Assembly: GCA_030248215.1 (NCBI GenBank)
Contig: JASANG010001414.1
Coordinates: forward strand, 248,001-312,000
DNA from: Enoplolaimus lenunculus
Lineage: Eukaryota
Length of the DNA: 64,000 bases
Direction: 5' to 3'
The position numbers and the translations under genes are program-made. The notes under the pieces are model-generated. The model made no database searches. It saw only the letters and a program-made list of their open reading frames with translations, and was not told the DNA's origin. Shown one piece after another: positions 37,501-47,855 of the stretch (the stretch's first letter is position 1; each line of letters begins with the position of its first letter).

Positions 37501-40500
37501 GCATCCTCTAACAATGCTTATCACATTGAAGCCTTAATATCAGGGTTCAACCGAAATTGCTGTTCCGGCGGAATTTCTGCAAATGACGGTCTTGCGCTAA
37601 ATCATTTAAACGTTAATAAATCTAATAAAAAATCGCGAAAAATTAGTTCAAGGCCCGTTCTTTTTCGGCTAAATTTAGTTCCTATTTGAACGCTACTAAA
37701 TATGTACCGGAGCTGCACTGAGCATCAACATCTGCGCCATGTTTAATAAGCATTTCAACAATTGCAGCACTTCCCGCAGACGCTGCTTCCATCAAAGGTG
37801 TACTTTTGCCTTTTGATCCTCGATCATCCACGTTGGAGTGCATAGCAAGCAAAACCTATGAAACAAATACCATAAATACGTACGTATCTAAATAGTAGAG
37901 ATGTCCCGTATAGTCCAGGGCCACTTCTAAATATTGACGCAAAAATATAAGACGACGATAAGTTTTCATTGCGTTTCAGAACACAACTAAGATATTGTTG
38001 GGAATGCAATCGGAAATATCCGGTAGCTGGCAGGTTTGTACCGGAAACCGGACATCGGTTTTTAAACATGTATACGGTAAGGGTTTGAGGGTTCGCTATT
38101 GGAAGGCCCCTTTCACTAGAGCTGCAATATTTAAAAGAAATACCCGGACGCGGAATTTTTCATAACATAAACTTGGTCCTATAGACTCAAAACAATTTTA
38201 GGACAAACCGTTAAAATGTAGATTTTGTCATTATATACAACTGCTAGCAGCACAGCCGGACTTGCGATGTCTCAAGGGCTGCCGTAGCTACAGGCTGAAA
38301 AGTGAAGGTCCAAGGCCCGGGTCACGAAGCGCACGTTTTTGGGTGGCGACTTCAACGCACATGCCGCCACGTGGGACCCCAACCACGAAGAAGATGCGCG
38401 TGGGAGGCTAATAGAGGAGTGGATGGTTGACAAAGAACTCGTACCTGGCAACACCGGCGAACCGACCAGGATAAACCGTGGAACTGGCGGTGGAAGCGCC
38501 CCCGACGCAACGATCTACCATAGCAGCTGGTTTGGCCTCGTTCGTTGGGAGCTGCTGGATGACCAGTGTTCTGATCATCTGCCGATCAAGTGGTCATTGT
38601 CCGCGAACACCATCAAACAGCGTCGCCAGAAAACCAAGTGGTGCTACAGAAAGGCAGACTGGCGCAGGTTCAAAGAGCAGTCCGAGGCAGGATTCAACGA
38701 CTTCCCAGTGCCGGAGAAGGTTGGCGAATCGTACTCCCACTTCAAACGCATAGTACTCTGCGCAGCAAGCTCCTCAATACCCAAAGGCTCCAGAGCAAAC
38801 CCCAAGCCATGGTGGAACGACCGAATGACAGAACTGGCCCAGCAACGCAAAGATCTGAGGAGTGAGGCACACTCCAGCGACGAAAAGCGAGTTCAGTTCA
38901 ACCGAATCTCAAAGGCCACCATCAAGGAAGCCAACTGTCTCAAAGCGGAAACATTCCGTCAAGCCATGACCGAGCTGGATCCACGCAGGAACACCAAGGA
39001 AGCGTTCAGTGTGCTCCGCAACATCGATGGAAAAGAGAGATCTGCGCACCCCGCTACCCCCCTGATCAGGGGCCAAACGGTTCTCCGCACTGACCGAGCG
39101 AAAGCAGAGGGGTTTCTAAAAGAGTACACGAAGGTGTCTGATATCGGCGTCACGAAGCAAGATCGGCGGGAAATGCATCCGACGATAAGGGCGCTGAATA
39201 GTCAATGCAGCCACTGCGCCGATGACCCTAACGGCCCTTGCACCCCATTCTCCCACGGGGAGCTACAACACGCCCTGAACCGGCTCAAGCTCGGGAAAGC
39301 TGAAGGTGCCGACGGGGTCTCGAATGAGATGCTGCGACACCTGGGACAGAAGGGGTTAGAAAACCTGCTAGCCATTATCAACCTGAGCTGGCGAAGCAAA
39401 GAAGTCCCCGCTGACTGGAGAAGGGCCACGATCATTCCAATCTTGAAGATGAGCAAGCCACCAGGGGCACTTGGCTCCTACCGCCCAATTAGCCTTACAT
39501 CCTGCGTGGCAAAGTTGATGGAAAGGCTGGTCCAAGAACGGATGATGTATTTACTCGAGTCTCGAAAGATGCTAAACCACAACCAGGCTGGTTTTAGAGC
39601 CCTACATTCCACCGAAGATCAGTGCATGAGAATCGCGCAAGAGATAACAGATGGGTTCAATGACAAGCCGTTCAAGCGGACTGTCATGGTGTTGGTGGAT
39701 TTCAAAAGAAGGAATCTGCCAACGAACTTATGCAAGAGGCGATAGAGGTGCTAGAACGATGGTCGCACAAGTGGAAACTCTCCATCAGCGCGGAGAAGAC
39801 TGAAATCACGTTTTTCAATCACTGGCCGAAAGAGGCCTCCTGGCGACCCCATGTCAAACTGTTTGGCACAGAAATTAACTACAACCCTACCACAACCTTC
39901 TTGGGAGTTACCTTTGATCGTCAGCTGACTTTTGGTGCTCATATCGAAAAGATCAAGAAGAAGATGGTTAGCCGGACCAAAGTGCTGAGTGCAGTTAGAG
40001 GCCGTACATGGGGATGGTGGAAAGACGACCTGAGAATGGTCTATGTATCGTACGTCAGGTCGGCAGCCGACTACTGTGCTGCTGCGTGGGCGGCCAGGAC
40101 ATCCGAATCCCAGCTTGAAAAGATTGATGTTGCTCAAAACGCTGCTGTTCGTGCCATTGCAGGGCTTACCCGACATACCCCGGTCGAAAATGCGCTCATC
40201 GAAGCTAACCTGGTGCCATATAAAGTTCGTGCCTCTGAACTGACCGCCATAGCCTATGAGAAGGCTCTGCGTATGCCTCACGGGCACCCTAGGCGGGTCG
40301 CTGCCGAGAATGACGTGAGAGACCGGCTATCCCGCGGTAACTGGAGAGACATGGCGAAGAAAATAGTCAACCAAACCCCTCTGGTCGACTAACCTCGAGA
40401 ACGACTTCATCCGCACTCGTACGCCCCCCCTTGGAAAGTGGTGGCGAAGCCCACGTTTAACCCGGCACTGGATGAACCGGTAAGGAGGTCCGAACCGGGC

Positions 40501-43500
40501 CACCGGAAGCGCATAGTGACTGAACGGACCATTGAAGCACTCCACGGTGCCGCGATTGATATCTACACGGATGGCTCGGTAGTGGACTCCAACCGGAACG
40601 GCGGAGGCGGAGTGCTACTGTTGATGCATGACGAGCAAAACGCCGCGATGGAAATTGTGACCCCGGCTGGCGCACTAACGTGTAGTTTTCGCGCCGAGAT
40701 ATGCGCGATCCACGCAGCCCTTAGCAGAGTCCGGGAAATCCAACGCCAAGGAATACTACCGGTCAACGGAAGAATCAACATCTTCACCGACTCCAAATCA
40801 GCGGTAGAAAAGCTGGCTGCGGGCCGCTGCCAACAGCAGGAACTCGCACGCGACATATGGAAGCTGCTGGACGAGATTGCCGCTAACGGTGGCTGCGAAG
40901 TAGCCTTTCAATGGGTTCCAAGTCACTGCGGCGTTCCAGGCAACGAGGCCGCGGATGACATCGCGAAGAGAGCAACGGCACTGAGTCAGTCCGACGTCCC
41001 CATAGATATGAACACGGCAAAGGCTACCGTGAAGAAGCATATCGCCAAACGATGGTACGCCAGCAATGCAGCAAAATCCCGCGTACCTGGCGCCAAATAC
41101 GTGCCCAGAACCCCAGAGCTTGCACTGTCCAAAAAAGAAGAAACGCTCCTGAGCAGACTACGATGTGGCGGTTACACCCCGGAGCTCGCATGGTACAGGA
41201 ACTTCATCACGCGGCGAAACCCAGAGCCAGAGTGCTCCCTCTGCACCCGATGCGACCTTCAAGAAGACGAAACCATGAAACATCTAATGAAGACATGCCC
41301 CGCAACTGCAGCTAAGCGGTGGCAGATATTCGGAACGGAAGACCCAATCCAACATCTGTTCGACGCCCCAGAAAAAGCCGTGCAATTCCTACGTGAAGTC
41401 GGCGTCCTGCAGAGTGTAGCTGCGGACGTCGGCCGCCTATGAGCTAACGCTCGACGCGCCTGGCACTCACAACAACAGCAAAATATATGCCGTGTCGTGC
41501 CTGACGCAAATGGCGAACCCAGAAGTTCTAGCGAGGAATACCCTATATAGGTACACATTGGAATGCGGCACTAAAAATGCTTCTCTTCCCAACCTTTAGT
41601 CGGTCTGTCCGGATTAAAAATCACGTATACATATATATGTATATATCTCAGAATTTTTCATCACAAATATGCTGCAATTTATTGTTCGACATAAAACAAA
41701 AAATTAGGAAATTTATCCAAAACCTAAAAATTTCGGTGCTTCCGCAATTTATTCTTTAAAATTATAGAAAGCCCCGTGAATTTTGCATTACTCAATTGTG
41801 TAGGAAGACAAACAAAATATCTTTAAAACATTTATACTTCAATATCCGTTTTCCCTTTCCATTATTTCAATCGATATCCGCCTCCGTTATATTTACTATC
41901 AGTTTACAACCTGTGTTGAACCCTCCATCTCCTAAACGTGGGGGTCAGACACCTCCAAAACCCTTCTCCCTGTGTTTACGCCTATGCTGTGGGGCTCAGT
42001 CGCGGCGAAAGGATTTCACCGTGGGGAGATGCGAGGTTGACCGAACATAACCGACATCATCCTCCTGAAAATGATAATTTCAGCTGAAGTGACAAAACCT
42101 CGGTCATCTCGGGAAGGCATAACGCCAGGTAAAAGCTCTTGCGAGTGAGCGGCAAGAACCTCCGTAATGTATGTGACAACGAGTTGTTCAAAAATTAGTA
42201 CACGTCTCTACGAGAAATAAAGAAAAAAGGAGAACTCGCGAGCGAGAAGCAAGACGCAATTCCGACTTACTCACGACGCAATTTTTTAATTTTGCGCAGC
42301 TTCGATGGGTATCCGTCTAGACTGGCTTTCGTGGGGCTTTTGTACCTTCGCGCAAATACGACGGCTCTAGTGCTGGGATGGGCGTCATGGTCTCGGTTTT
42401 CTCAGTCTTGGTGGTTTGCAAATCGACACCAAAGAGATGATTTGCATATTTCGCCTGCGCACCACTACCTGGTGATACCGCGATTTGAGAAACAAAATGA
42501 CACCTCCGGCTACCCAAGATTCCATTTTCGGAAGGAAACCAAAACACTTTGATTTTATTGTGACAAAAAGGCATCGTGTAAAACATTATGGGTCATCCGC
42601 ATTTATAAGATCTACGCTATGTTAAAAAATTCTTCAGTCTATTCGGTGTGCCCGGGATCAAAAACAACACTAAAGGTTTGAATTAGGGTTGTACCAAGTG
42701 TGTTTTGAGAAAGTGGTATTTGTCCCAAACCTGTTCGAAGTGTATGGAGATAGTTGCCAAGTGAAAAAAGTAAAAAAATAAAGTTTGACGGTGATTTGAA
42801 ACCGAGACCAAGTCTCGGTCTCGGTAGGTTGGCTCTCGGTCTCGGTGTCGCTTTTTTGACCGAGACCGCCCATCCCTGCTCAAGTGGTAGGGAGCATTAC
42901 TGGCAGTCCTGATATAATAGTATGTATGTACGCATAAAATATATTCAAACATGTATATACTGGCATCTCCACAGCTTGAGAATTTCCGCCGGGGGGGCGT
43001 TTCCTGGGGGGGCCAGGAGTTTCCTGGGGGGCAGCTAATTTTGCTGGGTGGGGCAGTTTTCCTGCGGGCCCCCAGATGATCTGGGGGGCTCAAAATTTTG
43101 CAAGCCGACTTTTTGGACCATTTTTTATTCTAGATCGTGTTTCCAACTCAACTGAAGATTACTCATTAGTCACAGCTTCAGTTTATCATAAGGCTCAGGC
43201 GGGTTGAACTTGTTGCTGCAAGGTACTTTCGAATGCTGTATGCCCTGAAACGGTCTTTATATAATTGTGCTTTTTTCAGTTCATTATTGAATTGTACTAG
43301 TTACTACCGGTATTTGTAACGCTATTAAAAAATTATGAGTACTCAGCGTAATATAAAATCACATTTTGCCGAATGTCCGCCTCAAAAAAGTCCAGGTCTT
43401 TATGTTTTAACATTGAAAATTTTTGGCTTAGAAAAGTCCTGGGGGGCCCCAGCAAAAAAACTTGCTGGGGGGGCATTTGGCTGGGGGGCGGCCGAAAATT

Positions 43501-46500
43501 CGCCGGGGGGCCTTTCCTGGGGGCGGCAAAATTTTCGCCGGGGGGAAAATGAAAATTTCGAAAAGTGCTGCCCCCACCGCTGTGGAGAAGCCAGATATAT
43601 GTATACTATATAAATGATTCCCATGTCGGATGAAAGAGACCTTGCGAGCGAGGCAAAATCAAAGCAATTTTATGTTTTATTACAACACAAAATCTTAACT
43701 TGGAAAGCAACCGTTTGGATAAACACATTTGTAATAAATTATTTTAGTTCGGGTATTTTTGCAAATTCGCTACCGTAATTCTATATTGTAAACACCCGGA
43801 CCCGCGATTTCGCAAAGTCAAAACCCGGAACCGGGCATATCTCTAACTCTCATTCGACGAAATTTCCTATAAACATAATTTGCCCTCGGTCAACAGCCCA
43901 CCGGCTTCAACTCAATTTGCATCTATTCTGTACCTTTCTGGTCCGCTAAACATATTTTACTCTCGCTTTCCAGCTACAATGTAACGTATATCAAAATCGA
44001 AAATGCCACGCTAGAAACTTCCCTCGATGTGCGAACAGGAGGAACACGCTTCAACCTTTCCCCCACTAAAACGGGACACATCGAAAGCGCTGACCAGCTG
44101 TTAATTTAAAAGCAAAAACCTGTCATAACAGACGTCATACACACCTGGACAAGTTCACGATAGCCTGCAGAACACGCCAGAGACAATAAGCTTTCATCTT
44201 CATCGCTAGAATCCTTATCGCGAGGCATTTCTTCATCGACCATTGTTAATCGGGAACTGCAACGCAAAACTCATAGTCACAACTTCGAGTAACTACCGAA
44301 ATTTACATAAGTTAATTTATCATCGAATATATGTGGCATATAAAAGCATATATACAAGCAAACAGCTACGACAAGTCGGCCCAACTCTTAAACTATAATA
44401 CATAATAACTTACTAAACTTCAAATTTTAGGTACCTTTTGCGTAAGCATGCACTAGGAACCACGATACCGTTTTTATCATATCACGTCACGCGACATTTT
44501 GTTGATACTCCCAAGTCGTGAAGTTACTGTTAATGCGTTTGTTATTTGCAATATCGCGTCATGTGACATTTTGCGTATGGTAATGTAATAAACTTACTGT
44601 GCTGCGTTCGTATTCTGGCCAAGATGTGGCACGTGACATTTTGCCTAGACATGTTTAGAAAGTTACTGCAGTGCTGTTGTAGTGTTTACGAAACAAGTTT
44701 ACACAGCAGCAATGTTGGGCTGGCTATGTTAACGTCTACATCGGTGGTATATTTATTATTGCTTGGAAGTAGTTTCATGATTTGCGCTTATGTTGCACCC
44801 TGATATATATCTACTAAAGCACGTGTCTTGACTGATCACACCAATGCTACTTAGACCCATGCTACCTACAAAGGAAAACTTACAGCGCTGCTGCCGCATA
44901 AGCGCCGGCACCGTCGTTATCGATTGCCTGCAGTGTTGGTGGAATCATCGCTGCCGCCGAATGATTTCCAACCAAATGTTGACCCGCCGCCAGATGTTGC
45001 TGTTCATGTGCGATACAATCAGCCGAATGACCATGATTACATTGTTGATGCATTGCGGCAGTTGTCGTTGTTGTCGTTGTTCCCATTGGTGCCATACCCA
45101 AAGCGCCCGACACTTGAGCCGCCGCAAACGGATGCATCATCATTAAACTAGCAGCAGCATCTCCAGCCGTAATACCACTAAACGCAGCCGCAGAAGACGC
45201 GTCGACTGGCGAATAGCCGTATTGTGGTCCAGCAAGGTCTGTGGGCACGCCTGTGTTGCTTGCAGCGCTGCAAGCTAGCTGCTGTTGCATATCTTGGTTA
45301 CCAGCACTGTAGCAATACTGGTTCGGAGGTGGCGAAGTCGGCTGAGCAACAACATTAGATATGAGTGCTGCTGATCCTGACATATTTTGCGACGACGGTG
45401 CTCCAATAACTTTGGGACCGCCGCATGCCGAAGGCACGCCGCTACCACTGTTGCATCGCGGGCTCGCCACTGCGTTCTGCTGTAAATACTGCTTTGCGGC
45501 GGCGGTCAAATTATGAAACTGAGGCGTGGCAGCGTTGGTATGCATCGTATGCGGCGCATGACCTCCGCACAATAACTGCTGTTGGGCCATTGTATGGCTC
45601 GCAGCCGCCAATAACTGTGAATCTAACAACGGATAATGATGTTGTAAGGGTAATGCCGAAGCAACTCGGTCGATTCCTCCACCAACTGATGATAAGAACA
45701 AATTACTATCGATACAATCGTAATATGCGTTATTTGCTGCAGCTGCTGCAACGCTGTTGGCATAAGCTTGGCGCAATGCAAGCAGATCAGCACCTGAAAC
45801 AATAGGTGAATTGGTCGTGCCAGTAACACTTGCTACTGAGTCGCTGCTAACAATAGGCGATAATTTGTTACAACTCGCATTCGCCTCAAGATTCGATACA
45901 CCAGGTGCCGAAAGTAAATTACGATTTCGCAATACTGTACGTTCATCTTGTAACATTCCAGTAGCAGCATTCAAGCTCGATTCAGGCACACACCCATGCT
46001 GTTGAAATCGTCCAATACCTAAAGATACGGCAAAACAAAGAAATGGTTGCCAATGTTGCAAAGTTCATGTAAGACAACCTCACAAAAAACAAATATATAT
46101 CGCGCAAACAGAATTTTTGCAAGCCTCATGATTTTTCGCAAACCTATACGGAAACCGGAATTACAGCGTTACAATGTTGTTACATATATAACTTGCTCTA
46201 AACATAAAAAACTCTGATAACATGAAACCGCGGAAAAGTCGTGTGCTGACCGAAGCAGGAGCAAAAGTCGCCGCAACAACGAAAACACGTCCGTTATATA
46301 CTGCTTCCATTGGGATGTTTAATTGAAATGTGTTTCAATCTCAAAAATACGCGAGCTTGCCTGAAGGTCCACAGCCCTCAAACAGTTCCTCACCGACGTT
46401 CAGCTTAATTCGGTCCTGTGTGGCATTATAATTATACAGACATGCTGGGGACGGCACTTTATATGAATATACAGGACAATTACGAATAAAGTATAAGACC

Positions 46501-47776
46501 AGGATGCAAACGGAATTACAATTTACCGAAACCGAATTCGTAAAGATTACCGTAAACAGAACCGAAAAATGAAAAATACATGCCACCGAAAATTTCATTT
46601 TCATTTTCTTTTTTACAATATTATTGATAAAATAACCGTGATTTTAGATAGGTGTTCACTTTATCTGCTGTATTTTAAATTTTCATAATCCGCGCCCGCG
46701 GAAGCGCAATATACCTTCAATAGTTTATTTTCGGCGATTAACACAAGGTTTATATACTACGTATATGGATGAAATCAATTTAATTTTTATCGTCATTTTT
46801 TAGAAAAGTATCTCAATTTCCACCGACCAAAATTTAATACCGTACTTTTTAATTTCGGCAAAATTTACCGGAACCGGAAGGTCAAAAATGACGGAACCGG
46901 AACTCCAGTTGCACCCTATAATAGGACATGTACGTATTAAGTCGGCAAGAAAAATTTGTTTTCGCCATAGCGTATGACCTGGCGCAAAATATTTGATATA
47001 TCAATGCTCACCCATTGCATGCAACAGTGTTTTCAAACGTTTCTGCGTATCGGAATCGATGTCGATATATTCTGGTGCGACCGTAGATTCCGCTTGATCA
47101 AGCGGCCAACACATTTCACCAGATCCGTCACGATTCAGGATATGGTTCGACATCTATGAAAACATACGTATATACTTGTTTCTATAATCTTCAAATATGC
47201 ACATTTGACTATAGCAGCGAACAGCCAAACTGTTCTTGAGTTTGTTGATTTAAAGGCATATACATCGTGCAAATTCAGTGCCGGTCTTTGAAGCCCTCAA
47301 AAGCCGGTCTTAGAAGCCTCAAAAACTTCAATTGGGGGCGAGGTTAGGGGCCCAAAAATTGAAATTTCATATGAGATTCAGTAGAAAAACACCGTGGTGC
47401 GTCCGGATATTCGGTTTCGTTAAAAAATCAACATCCGGCTCCGGTATTTAAACTTTACAGATATTTTTAAAACTTAAAAAATTTGAAACCATCATAAAAC
47501 TCCTTTACCTCAGAAATATATTTTTATCATATTTTCTCCAACAGAAACATTCTAAGTAAGATTTTGTACTGGTTGGTCATACATGTTTAGAACGCAAATG
47601 TACAAATCGAAAATCTATAAAATTTGTAACCAGCAATGTGGAAGACATTATAAATTCAGATTATTCGAAACATTACAAATATAAAGATACCTATATAAAA
47701 TTCATACCTCATTTTCAGAATTATCACTATCAGAATAGTCACCCATGATTAACTGTAGTGGTCCTTTTGCAGTCAT
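8351..47776 (-). CDS. ANKHD1: Mask / ANKHD1-ANKRD17 orthologue (multiple ankyrin repeats, single KH domain); about 34 coding exons, about 3,795 aa
   Basis: Exons 5'->3': 47776-47708, 46415-46361, 46018-44884, 44256-44145, 37855-37708, 37358-37156, 36070-35885, 35546-35357, 35039-34848, 34467-34358, 34122-33907, 31907-31602, 31366-31168, 30357-30251, 29483-29346, 28633-28525, 28096-27605, 26893-26828, 25451-25306, 25080-24938, 24459-24354, 24117-24010, 23750-23609, 22106-22011, 21781-21570, 19713-19388, 18235-18189, 17986-17543, 17317-17209, 16730-16377, 15026-14877, 14202-9474, 9087-8878, 8383-8351. All are phase-compatible. Family motifs include ESLLSLACSAGY, VLLAMHSNVDDRG, HSNEFKESPLTLACYKGH, DEMHTALMEASMDGH, RTGSKLGISPLMLAAMNGH, IETNRNTALTLACFQGR, AKDRQAAEANKNA and the KH sequence IARVIGRCGNNINAIRESTGAYIEVDKQ. 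The first, last and non-conserved exons are less certain. Confidence 0.92.
8402..8790. mobile_element. DINE-1/HINE-like element, short copy
   Basis: Same 5' motif and GGAC microsatellite end as 18408-19262, with a single internal unit. Confidence 0.6.
9474..14202 (-). CDS. ANKHD1: Giant 4,729-nt Mask exon encoding a low-complexity Q/N/S/P-rich C-terminal region
   Basis: Lies within ORF 9384..14222. The acceptor is TTTGTAG ending at 14203 and the donor is CAG|GTACAG at 9473. The frame joins exon 9087-8878. Confidence 0.85.
12925..13042 (-). repeat. Coding (CAA/CAG)n polyglutamine tract in Mask
   Basis: TGT/TGC triplet run encoding QQQQVQ20RQQQQQQLREQQQQ (Q count approximate). Confidence 0.9.
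13494..13550 (-). repeat. Coding (AAT)n polyasparagine tract in Mask
   Basis: TTA/ATT triplet run encoding N-rich peptide. Confidence 0.9.
14877..15026 (-). CDS. ANKHD1: Mask KH RNA-binding domain exon
   Basis: STSKLMISAQHIARVIGRCGNNINAIRESTGAYIEVDKQQKGEKGRQVFIR, with a GxxG loop. It continues in the next exon as GSPETVRYAILMINGLV. Confidence 0.9.
18408..19262. mobile_element. DINE-1/HINE-like (Helentron-associated) element with central tandem repeats
   Basis: Starts ACCAGTCGTAGTGGGACTACAT...GAAGCTCGAACACAC, has internal ~120-nt repeats containing GATTCCTCGCACCCAAA, and ends AAATCGGTTCAG...(GGAC)n ATCCACCTATCGAC. Confidence 0.6.
19797..20202. mobile_element. hAT-type MITE family F (GTTCCT repeats)
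   Basis: Ends CAGGGTTCAACCGGAA and GGAACGCTG, with perfect 8-bp TSD CTGTATAC. Relatives lie at 1435-1632, about 36990-37130, about 49080-49410 and about 61230-61330. Confidence 0.8.
20307..20511 (+). mobile_element. 3' remnant of a second LINE (CCHC zinc knuckle plus CAA-type tail)
   Basis: Frame 20307-20492 reads LDSEICRCSNAAVEDNAHMWTECSAFD...LSDILRRLG*, followed by ACAACAATAACACCAAC. Confidence 0.7.
21570..27660 (-). CDS. ANKHD1: Mask second ankyrin-repeat cluster (end of exon 17 to exon 25)
   Basis: Runs from TESNHDTALTVACAAGHDELV to DNRKVTPLMTAFRKG...PSDIECSRY, collinear with ANKHD1 cluster 2. Confidence 0.92.
22356..23173. mobile_element. Family E, second copy (inverted), with a ~30-nt tandem array at about 23022-23140
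   Basis: Ends TACAGTTGCGTCC and GTTGCAACTCTA; reverse-complement similarity to about 32990-33570. Confidence 0.7.
25855..26685. mobile_element. TIR element family C with G/C-tract subtermini, copy 1
   Basis: Perfect 16-bp TIR CTGGCTTCTCCACAGC and 5-bp TSD AAATA. Confidence 0.85.
27112..27514. mobile_element. hAT-type MITE family A, copy 1
   Basis: TIR CAGGGTGCAACCGGAATT, perfect 8-bp TSD AATTCAAC (27104-27111 / 27515-27522) and subterminal CCGGTT repeats. Confidence 0.9.
29126..29340. mobile_element. Small Harbinger-like MITE abutting a Mask splice donor
   Basis: Perfect 13-bp TIR GGTTGCGCTATAC and internal GCCGTCCGT/ACGGACGGC repeats. Degenerate relatives lie at 7980-8072 and about 52085-52172. 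Confidence 0.7.
29674..30087. mobile_element. MITE family D, diverged copy
   Basis: TAGAGATGTGC...GCACATCATTA, degenerate TSD AACAAAGG/AACAAAAA, and collinear with 4843-5239. Confidence 0.7.
31602..44256 (-). CDS. ANKHD1: Mask N-terminal ankyrin-repeat cluster (exons 4-12)
   Basis: Consecutive TPLM/TAL-A-GH ankyrin repeats across nine exons, collinear with ANKHD1 cluster 1 and ending at IIEAAKGGHANVVQLLLDWP. Confidence 0.92.
32095..33574. mobile_element. hAT-type non-autonomous element family E (CCGGACCCGG subterminal repeats)
   Basis: Ends TAGAGTTGCAAC and GGACGCAACCCTA; TSD ATTTTGAC/ATTCTGAC. It contains a family-D fragment, and its interior is shared with 22356-23173. Confidence 0.75.
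38245..41479 (+). mobile_element. Non-LTR retrotransposon (I-group, Ingi-like: APE-RT-RNase H-CCHC), 5'-truncated and internally deleted, antisense within Mask intron 4
   Basis: APE motifs GGDFNAH, PDATI and SDHLPI. RT N-terminal motifs WRRATIIPILK, YRPISLTSCVAKLMER and QAGFR. RNase H motifs IYTDGS, FTDSKSA and QWVPSHCGVPGNEAAD. Knuckle CTRC...H...C. A (CAA)n tail at 41468-41479. The block is visibly more GC-rich than its flanks. Confidence 0.92.
38339..41442 (+). pseudogene. Disrupted LINE pol ORF (three fragments)
   Basis: Fragments 38339-39745, 39730-40392 and 40438-41442. The frame changes at about 39706-39710, where the AFD/GxPQG/YADD region is missing. There is an in-frame TAA at 40390-40392. 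Confidence 0.85.
42373..42878. mobile_element. hAT-type MITE family B, second copy (opposite orientation)
   Basis: Ends CTGGGATGGGCG and GACCGCCCATCCCTG; TSD CTCTAGTG/CTCAAGTG; internal similarity to 47856-48616. Confidence 0.8.
42960..43594. mobile_element. TIR element family C, copy 2 (shorter)
   Basis: TIR CTGGCATCTCCACAGC / GCTGTGGAGAAGCCAG, 5-bp TSD ATATA, and interior nearly identical to copy 1 apart from indels. Confidence 0.85.
46500..46918. mobile_element. Older MITE related to family A; its interior is shared with a partial copy at about 36420-36675
   Basis: Ends CAGGATGCAAACGGAATT and CCAGTTGCACCCTA, with degenerate flanking duplication. Confidence 0.6.
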
Positions 47777-47855
47777 TTATAATTACTACTAACTGAAAAG
47801 CAAGCCGAAACATCAATACATTGACGAACAGCGGTATCAATCAGGGTGCGACCGG

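Noticed and set aside
38245..38340. 2A-like peptide, hammerhead or twister motif at the LINE 5' end
   Set aside because: No NPGP is evident, there is no CUGANGA/GAAA core, and the twister-like GGTCCAAGGCCCGG lacks the required stems.
41767..42000. GAAAGCCCC ... GGGGCTCA resembling RNase MRP P4 motifs
   Set aside because: The first motif lacks the conserved U, and the intervening sequence is AT-rich, unstructured and includes a MITE-like end.
42123..42134. TTACCTGGC on the minus strand, resembling the U1 snRNA 5' end
   Set aside because: No U1 stem-loop I/II loop motifs or Sm site are recognisable downstream.
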